64,000 bases of DNA from Ignavibacteriales bacterium. Its GTDB lineage: Bacteria; Bacteroidota; Ignavibacteria; Ignavibacteriales; SURF-24. A program made the position numbers and the translations under genes. This document shows positions 19,084 to 29,317 of the stretch, piece after piece (position 1 is the stretch's first letter; the number at the start of each line of letters is the position of its first letter). The DNA lies in NCBI GenBank assembly GCA_003599415.1, contig QZKB01000047.1:1832-65831 (forward strand), in the 5' to 3' direction. The notes under the pieces were generated by a model. It saw only the letters and a list, made by a program, of their open reading frames with translations, did no database searches and had not been told where the DNA came from.

Positions 19084-20406
19084 ATGACACAAAATGAAAA
19101 TAGAACCGGTTGGAAATTTCCAAAAGCTTTCTGGACTGCTAACCTTGTTGAGTTATTCGAACGTTCCGCACATTATGCCGTTTTTATTGCCATAACACTA
19201 TACTTAACAAAGGTTGTTGGTTTTAATGATATTTGGGCTGCATGGATTGGAGGCATTTATTCTGCGGGGCTATATTTTCTGCCAACATTTACAGGCGCCT
19301 ACGCAGATAAAATTGGTTTCAGGAAAGCTATTATTCTTGCGTTTGCTCTGTTAACTATCGGCTATTTTTCACTTGGTGCATTCCCATATAAAACTTCTGT
19401 ATTACCCTCACTTATAATTCTTATGTTCGGTGGTTCATTTATTAAATCCATTATTACAGGTACGGTTGCTAAAACAACAACGCAGGAAACCAGGGCAAAA
19501 GGCTATTCAATTTTTTACGGAATGGTAAACGTAGGTTCATTCCTTGGAAAAACTTTTGCTTATCCTTTAAGAGTTGAGTGGGGAGTTGAATCAATTAACT
19601 TTTATTCTGCAGCAATGACTTTTATCGCATTGGTTGTTGTAGCGTTATTTTATAAAAATGTTGATATGCACGGTGAAGGTAAATCAATTAAAGAAGCATG
19701 GAATGGATTTATACGAGTTATTAAAAATACAAGATTATTAATTCTAATTTTGATAGTAACAGGTTTCTGGATTATTCAGCATCAGCTATATGCTACAATG
19801 CCCAAATATGTTTTGCGCACTGTTGGAGAAAACGCTTCACCTGAATGGATTGCAAATGTTAATCCGCTTGTTGTAGTTCTAACTGTTGTTCTTATTACGC
19901 ACATGATGAGGAAAGTAAAAGCAATTACCTCAATGACGGTTGGAATGTTCCTTATGCCCATCTCCGCTCTTTTAATGGCTTCGAGCTATATACTTGAATC
20001 AATGGCCGGGGAGCAGGTTTCGGTATTCGGGTTATTTTCCGCTCATCCGATTACAATTATGATGATCATCGGAATTGTTTTCCAGGGACTTGCAGAGTGT
20101 TTTATTTCTCCGCGCTATTTGGAATTCTTTTCTCTTCAGGCGCCCAAAGGTGAAGAAGGATTATACCTCGGGTTCAGTCATCTTCACTCTTTTCTTGCAT
20201 CAATATTAGGTTTTGGTATTTCAGGATATTTATTAACTGCTTACGCTCCTGATCCTGCAAACCTTACACCTGAACAAATGCTTACTGCATATGATCATTC
20301 ATATTATATCTGGTTCTACTTTGCAGCAATTGGGTTAGTTGCGGCAATCGCTTTGATTATTTATAATATTATTACTTCAAAATTAGATAAGAAGAAATTT
20401 GCTTAG
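19084..20406 (+). CDS. MFS transporter, POT/PTR2-like
   Basis: About 12 TM helices. N-terminal 'ELFERSAHYAV' resembles the POT 'ExxERFxYY' motif. Confidence 0.55.
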   Translation: MTQNENRTGWKFPKAFWTANLVELFERSAHYAVFIAITLYLTKVVGFNDIWAAWIGGIYSAGLYFLPTFTGAYADKIGFRKAIILAFALLTIGYFSLGAFPYKTSVLPSLIILMFGGSFIKSIITGTVAKTTTQETRAKGYSIFYGMVNVGSFLGKTFAYPLRVEWGVESINFYSAAMTFIALVVVALFYKNVDMHGEGKSIKEAWNGFIRVIKNTRLLILILIVTGFWIIQHQLYATMPKYVLRTVGENASPEWIANVNPLVVVLTVVLITHMMRKVKAITSMTVGMFLMPISALLMASSYILESMAGEQVSVFGLFSAHPITIMMIIGIVFQGLAECFISPRYLEFFSLQAPKGEEGLYLGFSHLHSFLASILGFGISGYLLTAYAPDPANLTPEQMLTAYDHSYYIWFYFAAIGLVAAIALIIYNIITSKLDKKKFA

Positions 20407-20604
20407 CCGAATAACATTTATTTTGAGTACAGATTAAATGTTTTGATTGTCAATTAAAGTTTTTAATTTTAGAAAAACAATTTCTCTGACAAATAAACTA
20501 ACAAGGTTACTTATTACTACTCATAAAAATGAACATTAAGTTGTTAAACTTCATTAGGAATTAGAACTGTAAACAATACATAAACTTACCGCAAGGAGGC
20601 TTTG

Positions 20605-21168
20605 ATGGAAGCCGAAAAAAATTTGATGGACATGAATTTCCTTATCGCCCAAATCAAGAAAGATCTTGAAAAGGAATTCAAGCAAAAGATGCAGCGGCGC
20701 GAATCTACGGCAAGAAATATTAATAAAATAGTCGATAGGGATATAACTTACGGAGAACGAATTGCCGATAAAGTTGCATTAATAGGAGGAAGCTGGCGTT
20801 TTATTGTTGGTTTCGCAGTCTTCCTTATTGTGTGGATGTTCATTAACACTTTTATACTTGCAGCAAATGCATACGACCCGTACCCGTATATTTTATTAAA
20901 CCTGTGTCTTTCTTGCCTTGCAGCAATACAAGCACCGATAATTATGATGTCTCAGAACCGGCAGGCAAAAAAAGACCGGCTTGAATCTGAAGAGGATTTC
21001 AGAACAAACACACGCAGTGAAGTTCAGATACAGGAAATTGTTGCCAAGCTGGATTTGTTTATGGATTTATTCATCAAAATTAATTTTGAACAAAAGGAAG
21101 ATCAGTTCAAGAAAATCCATAGAATGCTTGAAGAAATTCATGAGCATTTGCATAACAAGAAACCGTAA
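20605..21168 (+). CDS. DUF1003 membrane protein
   Basis: 'YGERIADKVALIGGSWRFIVGF...DPYPYILLNLCLSCLAAIQAPIIMMSQNRQ' matches my memory of DUF1003. The ATG at 20605 follows AAGGAGG. Confidence 0.65.
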   Translation: MEAEKNLMDMNFLIAQIKKDLEKEFKQKMQRRESTARNINKIVDRDITYGERIADKVALIGGSWRFIVGFAVFLIVWMFINTFILAANAYDPYPYILLNLCLSCLAAIQAPIIMMSQNRQAKKDRLESEEDFRTNTRSEVQIQEIVAKLDLFMDLFIKINFEQKEDQFKKIHRMLEEIHEHLHNKKP

Positions 21169-21200
21169 TAAAACGATTAAACACTTACTTGGTCTAAGAT

Positions 21201-22565
21201 ATGAAAAAGAAATTTGTAAATATCGAAGAAGCAGTACAGGTTATAAGTCAGCAGGGTTTTGAGTTTGCCGTTATTCAAAATCCTGAATACGTTTATCCGT
21301 CTTTGGAAATCCATCCGCTTGCAGAAAAAATTTTAACTCCGCCAAATACATTAACAGCTGTAGTGTGTGATCTTGACGGTACATTAGCTACAACCGAAGA
21401 ATTAAGCATTTACTCGCTGGAATTTATGGTAAGGCAAATAAGCGGGAGATACACAAGAGAAAGCTGGAAAGGCTTCGATCCATTTATTGATTACCCGAAC
21501 ATTATTGGCAACAGCACAACAAAGCACATCGAATATTTAGTCTCAAGGTATAGTAATTTTATAAATCCTGATTGCCTGAAAAAAGCTTACTTCTGTGCAG
21601 CAATTTGGACGATGACAACAGGGCACGATAAACAAAGGGCGGACCAAGTAAAATCAAATCTTAGAAATCTTGGTTGCAAGAATATTCTTCTTGATAAAAA
21701 ACTAAATGAACTTATAGCTGAACGTATTTTTGATGAGGATTTGATCCAGGATTATTTCTTGCCCAAGTATGGTAATGATTTCGAAACTAAAGACATTACC
21801 GGAACCGTTAGAGCAGCAACAGATATTTTTTATCATCGCTATCATGAAATTCTTGAAGGTATTAAAGATGATAAAGGACAGCGCCTTGCCAGTGAATTGC
21901 TGCAGGATAACTCCAGGCATTTAATTGAAATGATGCCGGGTGCCGGAATTTTTCTTGCTTTTATTAAAGGATGGCTCGCTGATGCAACTGAAAATTTTAT
22001 CCCAGTTTTGAATGAATTAATGAAGATTAAAAATCCGCAGCACTATCAACCGGTTAATTCGGAAATAATAAAAGTAAAACTTGACAGGCTCGCAAAGACA
22101 TTTGAAAAAAAACCTTTAAGAATAGCAGTTGTAACTTCTTCAATTTATTACGAAACTGATATTGTTTTAACGGCATTATTTAAAACTATCTCGGCTGAGA
22201 TTGATAACTGGCCTGTCGCTGAAGAAAAGAAATCTTTCTTAAGAGCAAAGTTTTCAGACTATACGAATTATTTTGACGCTGTAGTAACTGCAGACAATTC
22301 AAGTGAAATGAGGTTAAAGCCGCACAGGGATTTATACAGCATCGCACTTCATAAAATTGGAATTCCTAAAAATAAATTTGATGAAGTAATTGGTTTGGAA
22401 GACAGTGAAAGTGGGATCATCTCTTTACGTACTGCAGGAATCGGGAGATGTCTTGCTGTTCCATTCAGCAAAACCGGCGGGCAGGATTTAAGTCTTGCCG
22501 CACATATTTTTTACGGAGGATTACCGGAATTACTGCTTAACAACAATATGTTTCAGGATTTTTAA
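21201..22565 (+). CDS. HAD-superfamily hydrolase (large cap)
   Basis: Motif I 'VVCDLDGTLATTE'. Distal 'GLEDSESG' acidic motif. Confidence 0.55.
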   Translation: MKKKFVNIEEAVQVISQQGFEFAVIQNPEYVYPSLEIHPLAEKILTPPNTLTAVVCDLDGTLATTEELSIYSLEFMVRQISGRYTRESWKGFDPFIDYPNIIGNSTTKHIEYLVSRYSNFINPDCLKKAYFCAAIWTMTTGHDKQRADQVKSNLRNLGCKNILLDKKLNELIAERIFDEDLIQDYFLPKYGNDFETKDITGTVRAATDIFYHRYHEILEGIKDDKGQRLASELLQDNSRHLIEMMPGAGIFLAFIKGWLADATENFIPVLNELMKIKNPQHYQPVNSEIIKVKLDRLAKTFEKKPLRIAVVTSSIYYETDIVLTALFKTISAEIDNWPVAEEKKSFLRAKFSDYTNYFDAVVTADNSSEMRLKPHRDLYSIALHKIGIPKNKFDEVIGLEDSESGIISLRTAGIGRCLAVPFSKTGGQDLSLAAHIFYGGLPELLLNNNMFQDF

Positions 22566-22724
22566 ATTTTCACTTCTCGTGAAGATTCCTGCAATATTTC
22601 TCTGCGTTTTTCTTTGAATTGAATCCCCTGCAAGTTATTTTTTGTTCCCTGAATTATTTAATAAAAAATATTTTTGGATACATAATTTTTATTACTTACA
22701 ATACACAACCAAATCAGAGAGAAA

Positions 22725-23726
22725 ATGAGCAGATATTCGTTTAAAGAAAATTCTTTTGGAAAACATAAAACAATTATCCTGCAGGATAATTTTAACGATA
22801 CAAAAACAGAAGTATGCCTTCGCGGTGCAACTCTTATTAATTTCTTCGTTTCATTAAAAGGGAAAAGCATTAATATCCTGGATGGATACTTAACACCTGA
22901 AGAGCTTGAAGAACAGGCTGGTGCAAGATCATGTATTATGGCTCCATATTCAAACAGGATTAAAGACGGCAGATTTACCTGGCAGGATGAAACGCTTCAA
23001 CTTGTTAACGCGGTTAATCCTAATAAGGATGTTATTCATGGATTTGCCCGGGTCATTAATTTCGATGTAAAGAATGTTTCTGCCGATGATGAAAAAGCCG
23101 AACTTGTTTTATTTACAGATAAAATAAGAAACGGATCTTTCCCCGGTTATCCATTCAACATTAATCTTACAGTTCGTTTTACATTAATGGAAAGGAATCT
23201 TGATTGTGTAATAACCGCTGAAAATATTGATTCAGTTCCGGTTCCATTCGGATGCGGCTGGCATCCTTATTTTAAACTTGGTGAAGACGGAATTGATAGT
23301 TTATACTTAGAAGTGCCTGCAAATAAAATTATCTTATTAGACGACAAATATGTTCCGCTGAAAGGTAAAGTTGCTTATTCCGATCTTAATGAACATAAAG
23401 AAATTGATTTCCGCTCTACCGGCAAAATTGGTGAAAGAACTGTGAATGTGTGCTACACAGATTTGATACCCGATAAAGATGGAATAACCAGAACTTATTT
23501 AACGGATAAGGAAAAAGGATTATGTCTGGTAGTTTATCAGGAAGGCGGAGTAACATATGCGTTTACTGCGGACACTGTTAAATACCGGACAAGAAAATCT
23601 ATTGCATTAGAACCAGTTCAATTTATGACTGATGCATTCAATCGTTCTGAACTGCTTGATGAAATTACAGTAAAGCCGGGCGACTCTAAGTCTTTCAGGT
23701 TCGGTATTGAGATAAAAGAATTATAA
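22725..23726 (+). CDS. Aldose 1-epimerase (galactose mutarotase-like) family protein
   Basis: 'GCGWHPYF' and overall mutarotase-like beta-sandwich length and pattern. Confidence 0.6.
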   Translation: MSRYSFKENSFGKHKTIILQDNFNDTKTEVCLRGATLINFFVSLKGKSINILDGYLTPEELEEQAGARSCIMAPYSNRIKDGRFTWQDETLQLVNAVNPNKDVIHGFARVINFDVKNVSADDEKAELVLFTDKIRNGSFPGYPFNINLTVRFTLMERNLDCVITAENIDSVPVPFGCGWHPYFKLGEDGIDSLYLEVPANKIILLDDKYVPLKGKVAYSDLNEHKEIDFRSTGKIGERTVNVCYTDLIPDKDGITRTYLTDKEKGLCLVVYQEGGVTYAFTADTVKYRTRKSIALEPVQFMTDAFNRSELLDEITVKPGDSKSFRFGIEIKEL

Positions 23727-24698
23727 TCAGAACATCATATCAAACTGAATCATTGGTGTAAAAAGGAAATTATTTGATATTGAACTTACACCATTTATTA
23801 AATGCATCTTTGCACCAAGATTAATTCTGCTATTATCATTCAGGATTAATGTTAAGCCGGGATTAACAAAAAGTATCGTGGCAGAATCATCACTCTTTCC
23901 CGTTTCATAGGTCGTCATATTTCCGAAGATATAATAACCCGGATCCGGATTTTTATGTTCAAACTCAAGTAATGTCTGGCTGAAGAATCCAAGTGATAAA
24001 AAGAAATCAATAAAATTGGATTTCGAATTGGAATTAAATGTAAGTGTAGCATAATAATCAAGACAAGCTTTACTTAACTTATCACTCATGAAAGTTACGT
24101 TGGTAGTTTTATCTCCCCAGAAAGGTTCATAAGTGGTAATCAGAACACTTGAAATATCATAATAAATCTTCTGCCATAAAATACCACCTTCCAATCTTAT
24201 TCCCGAGTTTTCATCACTTTTAAAATATCCTATACCTGCATGTCCACCCACAGAACTTTTTTCATTCTGGAAATAAGTATTTGCTCCAATAGTTAATGCA
24301 AACTGGTCTGACAAAGCAAGATCTACATTTAAGCCTAAAGCCGCTTCCGGTAAATTCCAATGCATGTTATTTCCTTTATAGGAGTAAACATTCTTCCCGG
24401 ATTCCTTATACGAAATACTTCCCTCTGCTATTGTTGAATCAACCTGAAAAACATTTGAGCTGTTCACCTTTGTATGCTCCATTACAGTTCCTGAAATACT
24501 CTTCTGAGAATTAATTGAAATACTTGGAGAAACTGTAATTGAACCGGCGGTTTTATTCTTTGTAATGTTAAGCGGTGGTGAATTTAGATTTGATTCAAGG
24601 TTTGCTTCCTGGATATAAAGTTTATTTGTAACAACTCCACACCCCGAAAGAAGCAGAGTAATTAGTGTTATAATAATATAAGACTTTATATTTTTCAT
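23727..24698 (-). CDS. Outer-membrane beta-barrel lipoprotein (hypothetical)
   Basis: Lipobox 'LLLSGC'. Alternating-residue beta strands. C-terminal aromatic residue ('...QFDMMF'). Confidence 0.45.
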   Translation of the reverse strand: MKNIKSYIIITLITLLLSGCGVVTNKLYIQEANLESNLNSPPLNITKNKTAGSITVSPSISINSQKSISGTVMEHTKVNSSNVFQVDSTIAEGSISYKESGKNVYSYKGNNMHWNLPEAALGLNVDLALSDQFALTIGANTYFQNEKSSVGGHAGIGYFKSDENSGIRLEGGILWQKIYYDISSVLITTYEPFWGDKTTNVTFMSDKLSKACLDYYATLTFNSNSKSNFIDFFLSLGFFSQTLLEFEHKNPDPGYYIFGNMTTYETGKSDDSATILFVNPGLTLILNDNSRINLGAKMHLINGVSSISNNFLFTPMIQFDMMF

Positions 24699-24722
24699 TT
24701 ACCCATTCCTTTATTAAACAGA

Positions 24723-24747
24723 GGGAAGTGATTATGTATCACTTCCC
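24723..24747 (-). terminator. Hairpin downstream of the 5'-nucleotidase gene
   Basis: GGGAAGTGAT-tatgt-ATCACTTCCC, a perfect 10-bp stem 12 nt past the stop. The minus-strand tail is only moderately T-rich. Confidence 0.5.
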
Positions 24748-24758
24748 AAAGGCAATTA

Positions 24759-26894
24759 TTACTTCATTAAAATCAATTTCTTTATTTCAGAAAATTTTTC
24801 TGTTTTCATTTGATAGAAATAAATTCCACTTGTTAAACCTGTTGCATCCCAGTTTACTTTATGTTTTCCAGCTTCTTTTATTTCATCAACTAGAATAGCT
24901 ACTTCTTCCCCAACTGTATTAAATACTTTTAAAGTAACTTTTTCAGTTGCAGGTAATGAGAATGAGATATTCGTACTTGGGTTAAAAGGATTTGGATAAT
25001 TTTGAGTTAAAGCATATTTAGCCGGAGTTAAATCAACTCTTACTTCTTCAGAATATTCATATGAGCCATCATAATTTATTTGCTTTAGCCTGTAATAAAT
25101 AACGCCGTATGATTCCAGTTTTTTAGGATCATCGGAAAAGCTATATGAATTTGAAGAGGAAGTAGTTCCATTTCCATCAACGCATCCTATCTTTTTCCAT
25201 TCACTGCCCGTCTTCCTTTCAACTTCAAAACCTTTGTTGTTTGTTTCTGTTGCGGTTGACCAGCTTAGCAATACTTTATCACCAACTGAAATTGCAGCAA
25301 ATGAGCTTAATTCAACCGGCAGTGTAACACGACCTTCAACATAAGGTGAAATCATACCACCTTTTCCAGTTACTACATAATCCAATAAAACCTGGAATTC
25401 TGATGAATCCTGGTAAAGATATAGATCCGAATATGGGACCTGGAAAAGGTAATCCATTGCATAGATCAAGGATTCATTAGTAGTAACTGAATAAGTTGCC
25501 AAAGGATCTATCGGCTGGTTATTTATTGTTATCCATTGAATTCTTGAACCGACAGGATTTGTTGGATTACAATAGTATTTCATTCCGGCTACCTGCGGTA
25601 AATATTCATCATTTATCATGTTTTGTGATAACGAGACGGAGGATTCCAGTGCAGACCATATAGCTGCACCCGTCATTTTAATCTTCATTATTCTGTAGTC
25701 TAATCCATTAACTGTATTAAATCCATAACCGAAAACCCTGTATAAATCAGCAGGAACAATCGGTCCCGCATACAATGGTTGAGATGTTGAACCCCCAATT
25801 GTAATTGCAACATCAGTACCGGTTTTCCAAAGGTATGCATCAGTAACCAGGTTACCAATTGGTGTATCATGCATTCCGGATATATAAAGATCCTTTGCTA
25901 CTTCTTCAAAATAATCAGTTGCAACCCCACATTGCTGAGTATAAAGTTTCCCATATGTCGATTCAATTCCTGCAATAAGATTATCAACAACGCCTGCAAT
26001 AGTTGGCTCTTCGGGTACATTCTGATCGAGTGGAATAAGTTGATAATCAATTACATTAACTTCGCCGGCATTCATAACCGCTTTCATTTTTCCGATATGA
26101 GAATAAGCAGTATTAGCCTGAACAATCCAAACAGGTTTGCTCAAAGGATTTATTACAATAATTGGTGTTTCCGTTAATAGATGATCATGAGCGCTTATAA
26201 TCACGTTTATATATGGTGCGGAAGCAGCTATCAGCTGGTCGTAATAAATACCAAGGTGAGACATACAAACAATAAAATTACATCCTTCACCCAGAAGCGC
26301 AGTTACCATAGTTGTTACTACTCCGTTAATATCCTCATCAACAAAAGCAGGAGCAATCTGCGAAAAATAATTTGCTTCCGGTGTTAATAAGCTGAAAATT
26401 CCCACCTTCAGATTCCCGTATTCTTTAACCGTATAAGGTTTAACATATTTTTTTAATGGTTGGACCTCGGCAGCTTCTAAATTCAGATTTGACGATAATA
26501 CAGTAAAACCTCCGGCAGCAAGAGAGGAATCGAAAGCAGTAAGCAGAGTGGAAGGTGTAAGGTCGAATTCATGATTACCAACAGCCATTGCATCAAATCC
26601 AATTGCATTCATTAATTGAAACTCTGCTATTCCAAAGTATTGATTAAAGAAAAGATCACCTATAAAAGCATCTCCGCCATGTAAAGTAAGAACATTTTTT
26701 TCAGTCATTTTAGTTGATCCGATAATAGAAGCAGCGCGTGCAATTCCACCGGTTGTTCCCTTAAGGTCCGGTGTTCTGGGGCCCATTGGTGCCAGCATTG
26801 AATGAGTGTCATTAACATGAAGAATTGTCAAAGTATCCTGAGCAATAGCAAGAGCAGAAAAACTAAGAATCAGGGCTAATAGTAACTTTTTCAT
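24759..26894 (-). CDS. Bifunctional metallophosphatase/5'-nucleotidase (UshA-like), T9SS cargo
   Basis: Metallophosphoesterase motifs 'HVNDTHS', 'GGDAFIGD', 'GNHEFD'. C-terminal 'NYPNPFNPSTNISF...GIYFYQM' tail. GGAGG RBS. Confidence 0.8.
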   Translation of the reverse strand: MKKLLLALILSFSALAIAQDTLTILHVNDTHSMLAPMGPRTPDLKGTTGGIARAASIIGSTKMTEKNVLTLHGGDAFIGDLFFNQYFGIAEFQLMNAIGFDAMAVGNHEFDLTPSTLLTAFDSSLAAGGFTVLSSNLNLEAAEVQPLKKYVKPYTVKEYGNLKVGIFSLLTPEANYFSQIAPAFVDEDINGVVTTMVTALLGEGCNFIVCMSHLGIYYDQLIAASAPYINVIISAHDHLLTETPIIVINPLSKPVWIVQANTAYSHIGKMKAVMNAGEVNVIDYQLIPLDQNVPEEPTIAGVVDNLIAGIESTYGKLYTQQCGVATDYFEEVAKDLYISGMHDTPIGNLVTDAYLWKTGTDVAITIGGSTSQPLYAGPIVPADLYRVFGYGFNTVNGLDYRIMKIKMTGAAIWSALESSVSLSQNMINDEYLPQVAGMKYYCNPTNPVGSRIQWITINNQPIDPLATYSVTTNESLIYAMDYLFQVPYSDLYLYQDSSEFQVLLDYVVTGKGGMISPYVEGRVTLPVELSSFAAISVGDKVLLSWSTATETNNKGFEVERKTGSEWKKIGCVDGNGTTSSSNSYSFSDDPKKLESYGVIYYRLKQINYDGSYEYSEEVRVDLTPAKYALTQNYPNPFNPSTNISFSLPATEKVTLKVFNTVGEEVAILVDEIKEAGKHKVNWDATGLTSGIYFYQMKTEKFSEIKKLILMK

Positions 26895-26951
26895 TGCGTA
26901 CCTCCATTTGATTATTTCTATATGAAAATTAGAATTATCGCATCAATCATT

Positions 26952-26979
26952 TGTCAAAAAAATATCAAAGAGATGTAAA
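26952..26979 (-). promoter_or_regulatory. Pho-box-like array of 11-bp-phased hexamers upstream of the 5'-nucleotidase gene
   Basis: Read in gene sense: TTTACA-tctct-TTGATA-ttttt-TTGACA, 58-85 nt upstream of the start codon. Confidence 0.5.
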
Positions 26980-27029
26980 AGTTTTATTCACTTATTTCTT
27001 AGCATAAGCCTGCTGAATTCATTAATTGA

Positions 27030-29159
27030 TTAAAAAATATGTCCAAAGTTGAAATATAATCCTGCAGTTTCGTTAGAGAATCCGGCATCAAAACGGACGA
27101 TAAAATTATCCAAGTTGAAACGTAAACCTACGGAAGGATTCATCTTCCAACCTGAAAGATCAATATCACTAAATGACGGAAACACCTGCCCGGCATCTAA
27201 TCCAATGATACCAGTAAATCTATTGTAAATTGGAAATCTTAATTCACCATTAAACAGGATTGAACATTTATCTATTAACCTATCCTGGGGGAAGCCACGA
27301 AGCGTTTTATTCCCGCCCAATGAATATAAAACCTGTACCGGAAGATTATTACATGAAATATTTTGTAACCGGAACCGTAATGCCAAAACAGTTTTCGGAT
27401 AAAATAAAATTGAATACGATTGACATTCGAAGTAATACCTGCTAAAGTCAACACCATGTTCGGTATCGTCATTAATTTTACCTGAGGTTTCAACTTCGCC
27501 CTGTAAAACCATTCCGCCGGAAGGATTAATATAGCTGTTCCTGGAGTCGTAACGTGGATTTAAAAAGACTGAGACAAAATAAGCGCTGGAATCTGAAGAA
27601 GATTTTACCAATTCTTTCAGCTTGCCGGTACTTTCGAAATTATAAACAGAAGCGCCTTTGAACCTTAATCCAAATTGCCCGACAAATTTTGTCGTAAATC
27701 CGCGGCTTGCAGACAAACAAATTTCTACCGGTTCTTTAGTATAGAATTCCTGGTCAACATATTTTGAATTTTTCCCGATGCCATAAAATCCATTCTTAAT
27801 CATTTTATCGTAATCGATACTAAAATCTATAGCAACAGGATAAATTTTTCCATGGCGTTTTTCAATGTCTGGAATGGAAAAAACTAACCTGTACCAACGC
27901 TCACCTTTAGTACTGTTGAATGCAGTAAGGTCAATAGATTCATTCTGATCGAATAAATTCATGAAGAATGCTTTTGCACCATAGCCAAAACCAATATCAG
28001 TATCATACATTAAAATGGGAAATGGTTCAATCGAGGAATAATTTATGTTAGTAAAGTAATCGGTTTCCTTTTTTATTTTACCTGAAATTCCTGATAAATA
28101 AATTTCAGAATAAACTCCTAAATGATCGGATGCCTGCACATCACCATCAAGTGAGTCTAATATAATTTTGTATTCTTTACTACACTTTTCATTAAAAAGG
28201 TTACTAAGGAATAAGTAATCAATAGTTCTTGGCGAAAGATCATAATAACGGTACATCAACTTGTATGCATCTTTATCTTCATTATTTGAACCGGAATCGG
28301 ATATTGAATAACCGATGTTTATATTTTTATATGGCAGCCAGGTAAACGGGGATTCAACTGATTCTTTTTGAGTATTAAGCAAATTATTCTCTGAAATTAA
28401 TTTTACTAAATGCGGATCATCAGGCTCAATATTAAAATCGCCCCCAAGTATAAATGGAATTCCGACCGGTAAATCTTTTAGCTTTTCACTTAATGTTTCA
28501 AATTCACATGAACGATTTTTTAATTTACGTGCCCATTCTTTCAATCCGTCATCATACTCTTCTTTTGATATGATATTTTTTGATAATAAATCTTCAAGGT
28601 AATTTCTTAAAGCAGGTTTGTCAGGTGGTGTCGAATTTGTATGCACATTGACTAAATAAACAGGCAATCCGTTTACATTTATCTTTGCTACTAAAGCAAA
28701 ATTAGTCTCATTAAATTGAGTTGAAAAGTAATCTCCGTACAGGCCAAACATACCGGAAAGTTTCCAGGCATCTGTTTTTTCAAGATTATATTTTGTTCTG
28801 GCAAGAATTGTAATTCCCTCTGAAAGATTTGTAGGAAATCCTAATGACGCTATTTTAATTCCGCCATTACAAACCTGGTGAACTTCATCCATTCCAAGCA
28901 ATCGTGCTATTCTTGAGGAATATGTTTTAACAGGATTTACTTCCTGCAGGAAAATTATATCGGCATTAATATCTTTTAACTGACTAACAAGAAACTGAAA
29001 TCTTTTTTCTGCTTTTTCTTCACTTTCATATTCACCCATTTTGATTGTGCCTTTATAATCCAGTCCTGACCAGACATTAATAGTGATTACTTTTAAACTC
29101 TGGCTGTAAACATTTAGGCATAATAAAAATAAAAGAAACAGGAAATATTTCTTCAGCAT
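27030..29159 (-). CDS. Endonuclease/exonuclease/phosphatase (EEP) domain fused to an Omp85/surface-antigen-type beta-barrel
   Basis: The N-terminal half has the EEP pattern ('DIIFLQEVN', 'GGDFNIEP', 'SDHLGV'). The C-terminal half has 'SLGGNKTLRGFPQDR', 'VGLRFNL..FIVRFDAGFS' and ends in '...NFGHIF'. The start at 29159 gives a clean signal peptide (MLKKYFLFLLFLLCLNVYSQ); the ORF track starts at 29183. Confidence 0.6.
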   Translation of the reverse strand: MLKKYFLFLLFLLCLNVYSQSLKVITINVWSGLDYKGTIKMGEYESEEKAEKRFQFLVSQLKDINADIIFLQEVNPVKTYSSRIARLLGMDEVHQVCNGGIKIASLGFPTNLSEGITILARTKYNLEKTDAWKLSGMFGLYGDYFSTQFNETNFALVAKINVNGLPVYLVNVHTNSTPPDKPALRNYLEDLLSKNIISKEEYDDGLKEWARKLKNRSCEFETLSEKLKDLPVGIPFILGGDFNIEPDDPHLVKLISENNLLNTQKESVESPFTWLPYKNINIGYSISDSGSNNEDKDAYKLMYRYYDLSPRTIDYLFLSNLFNEKCSKEYKIILDSLDGDVQASDHLGVYSEIYLSGISGKIKKETDYFTNINYSSIEPFPILMYDTDIGFGYGAKAFFMNLFDQNESIDLTAFNSTKGERWYRLVFSIPDIEKRHGKIYPVAIDFSIDYDKMIKNGFYGIGKNSKYVDQEFYTKEPVEICLSASRGFTTKFVGQFGLRFKGASVYNFESTGKLKELVKSSSDSSAYFVSVFLNPRYDSRNSYINPSGGMVLQGEVETSGKINDDTEHGVDFSRYYFECQSYSILFYPKTVLALRFRLQNISCNNLPVQVLYSLGGNKTLRGFPQDRLIDKCSILFNGELRFPIYNRFTGIIGLDAGQVFPSFSDIDLSGWKMNPSVGLRFNLDNFIVRFDAGFSNETAGLYFNFGHIF

Positions 29160-29258
29160 TTTATCACCCAAGGTTGTGTACAATTGATTCTATAATAAAC
29201 ACCTTTCAGAATTCAAACTAATTCCAGTGACAAATCTAAAGTCTATCCCAACCTTTGA

Positions 29259-29297
29259 TGTCAAAAAAATGTCATAACAATGTAAATGTTCTGTAAG
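29259..29297 (-). promoter_or_regulatory. Pho-box-like array of four 11-bp-phased hexamers upstream of the EEP-Omp85 gene
   Basis: Read in gene sense: CTTACA-gaaca-TTTACA-ttgtt-ATGACA-ttttt-TTGACA. The hexamers start exactly 11 bp apart (29292, 29281, 29270, 29259 on the plus strand). Confidence 0.55.
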
Positions 29298-29317
29298 AAT
29301 TTACCTGTTACTGACTA

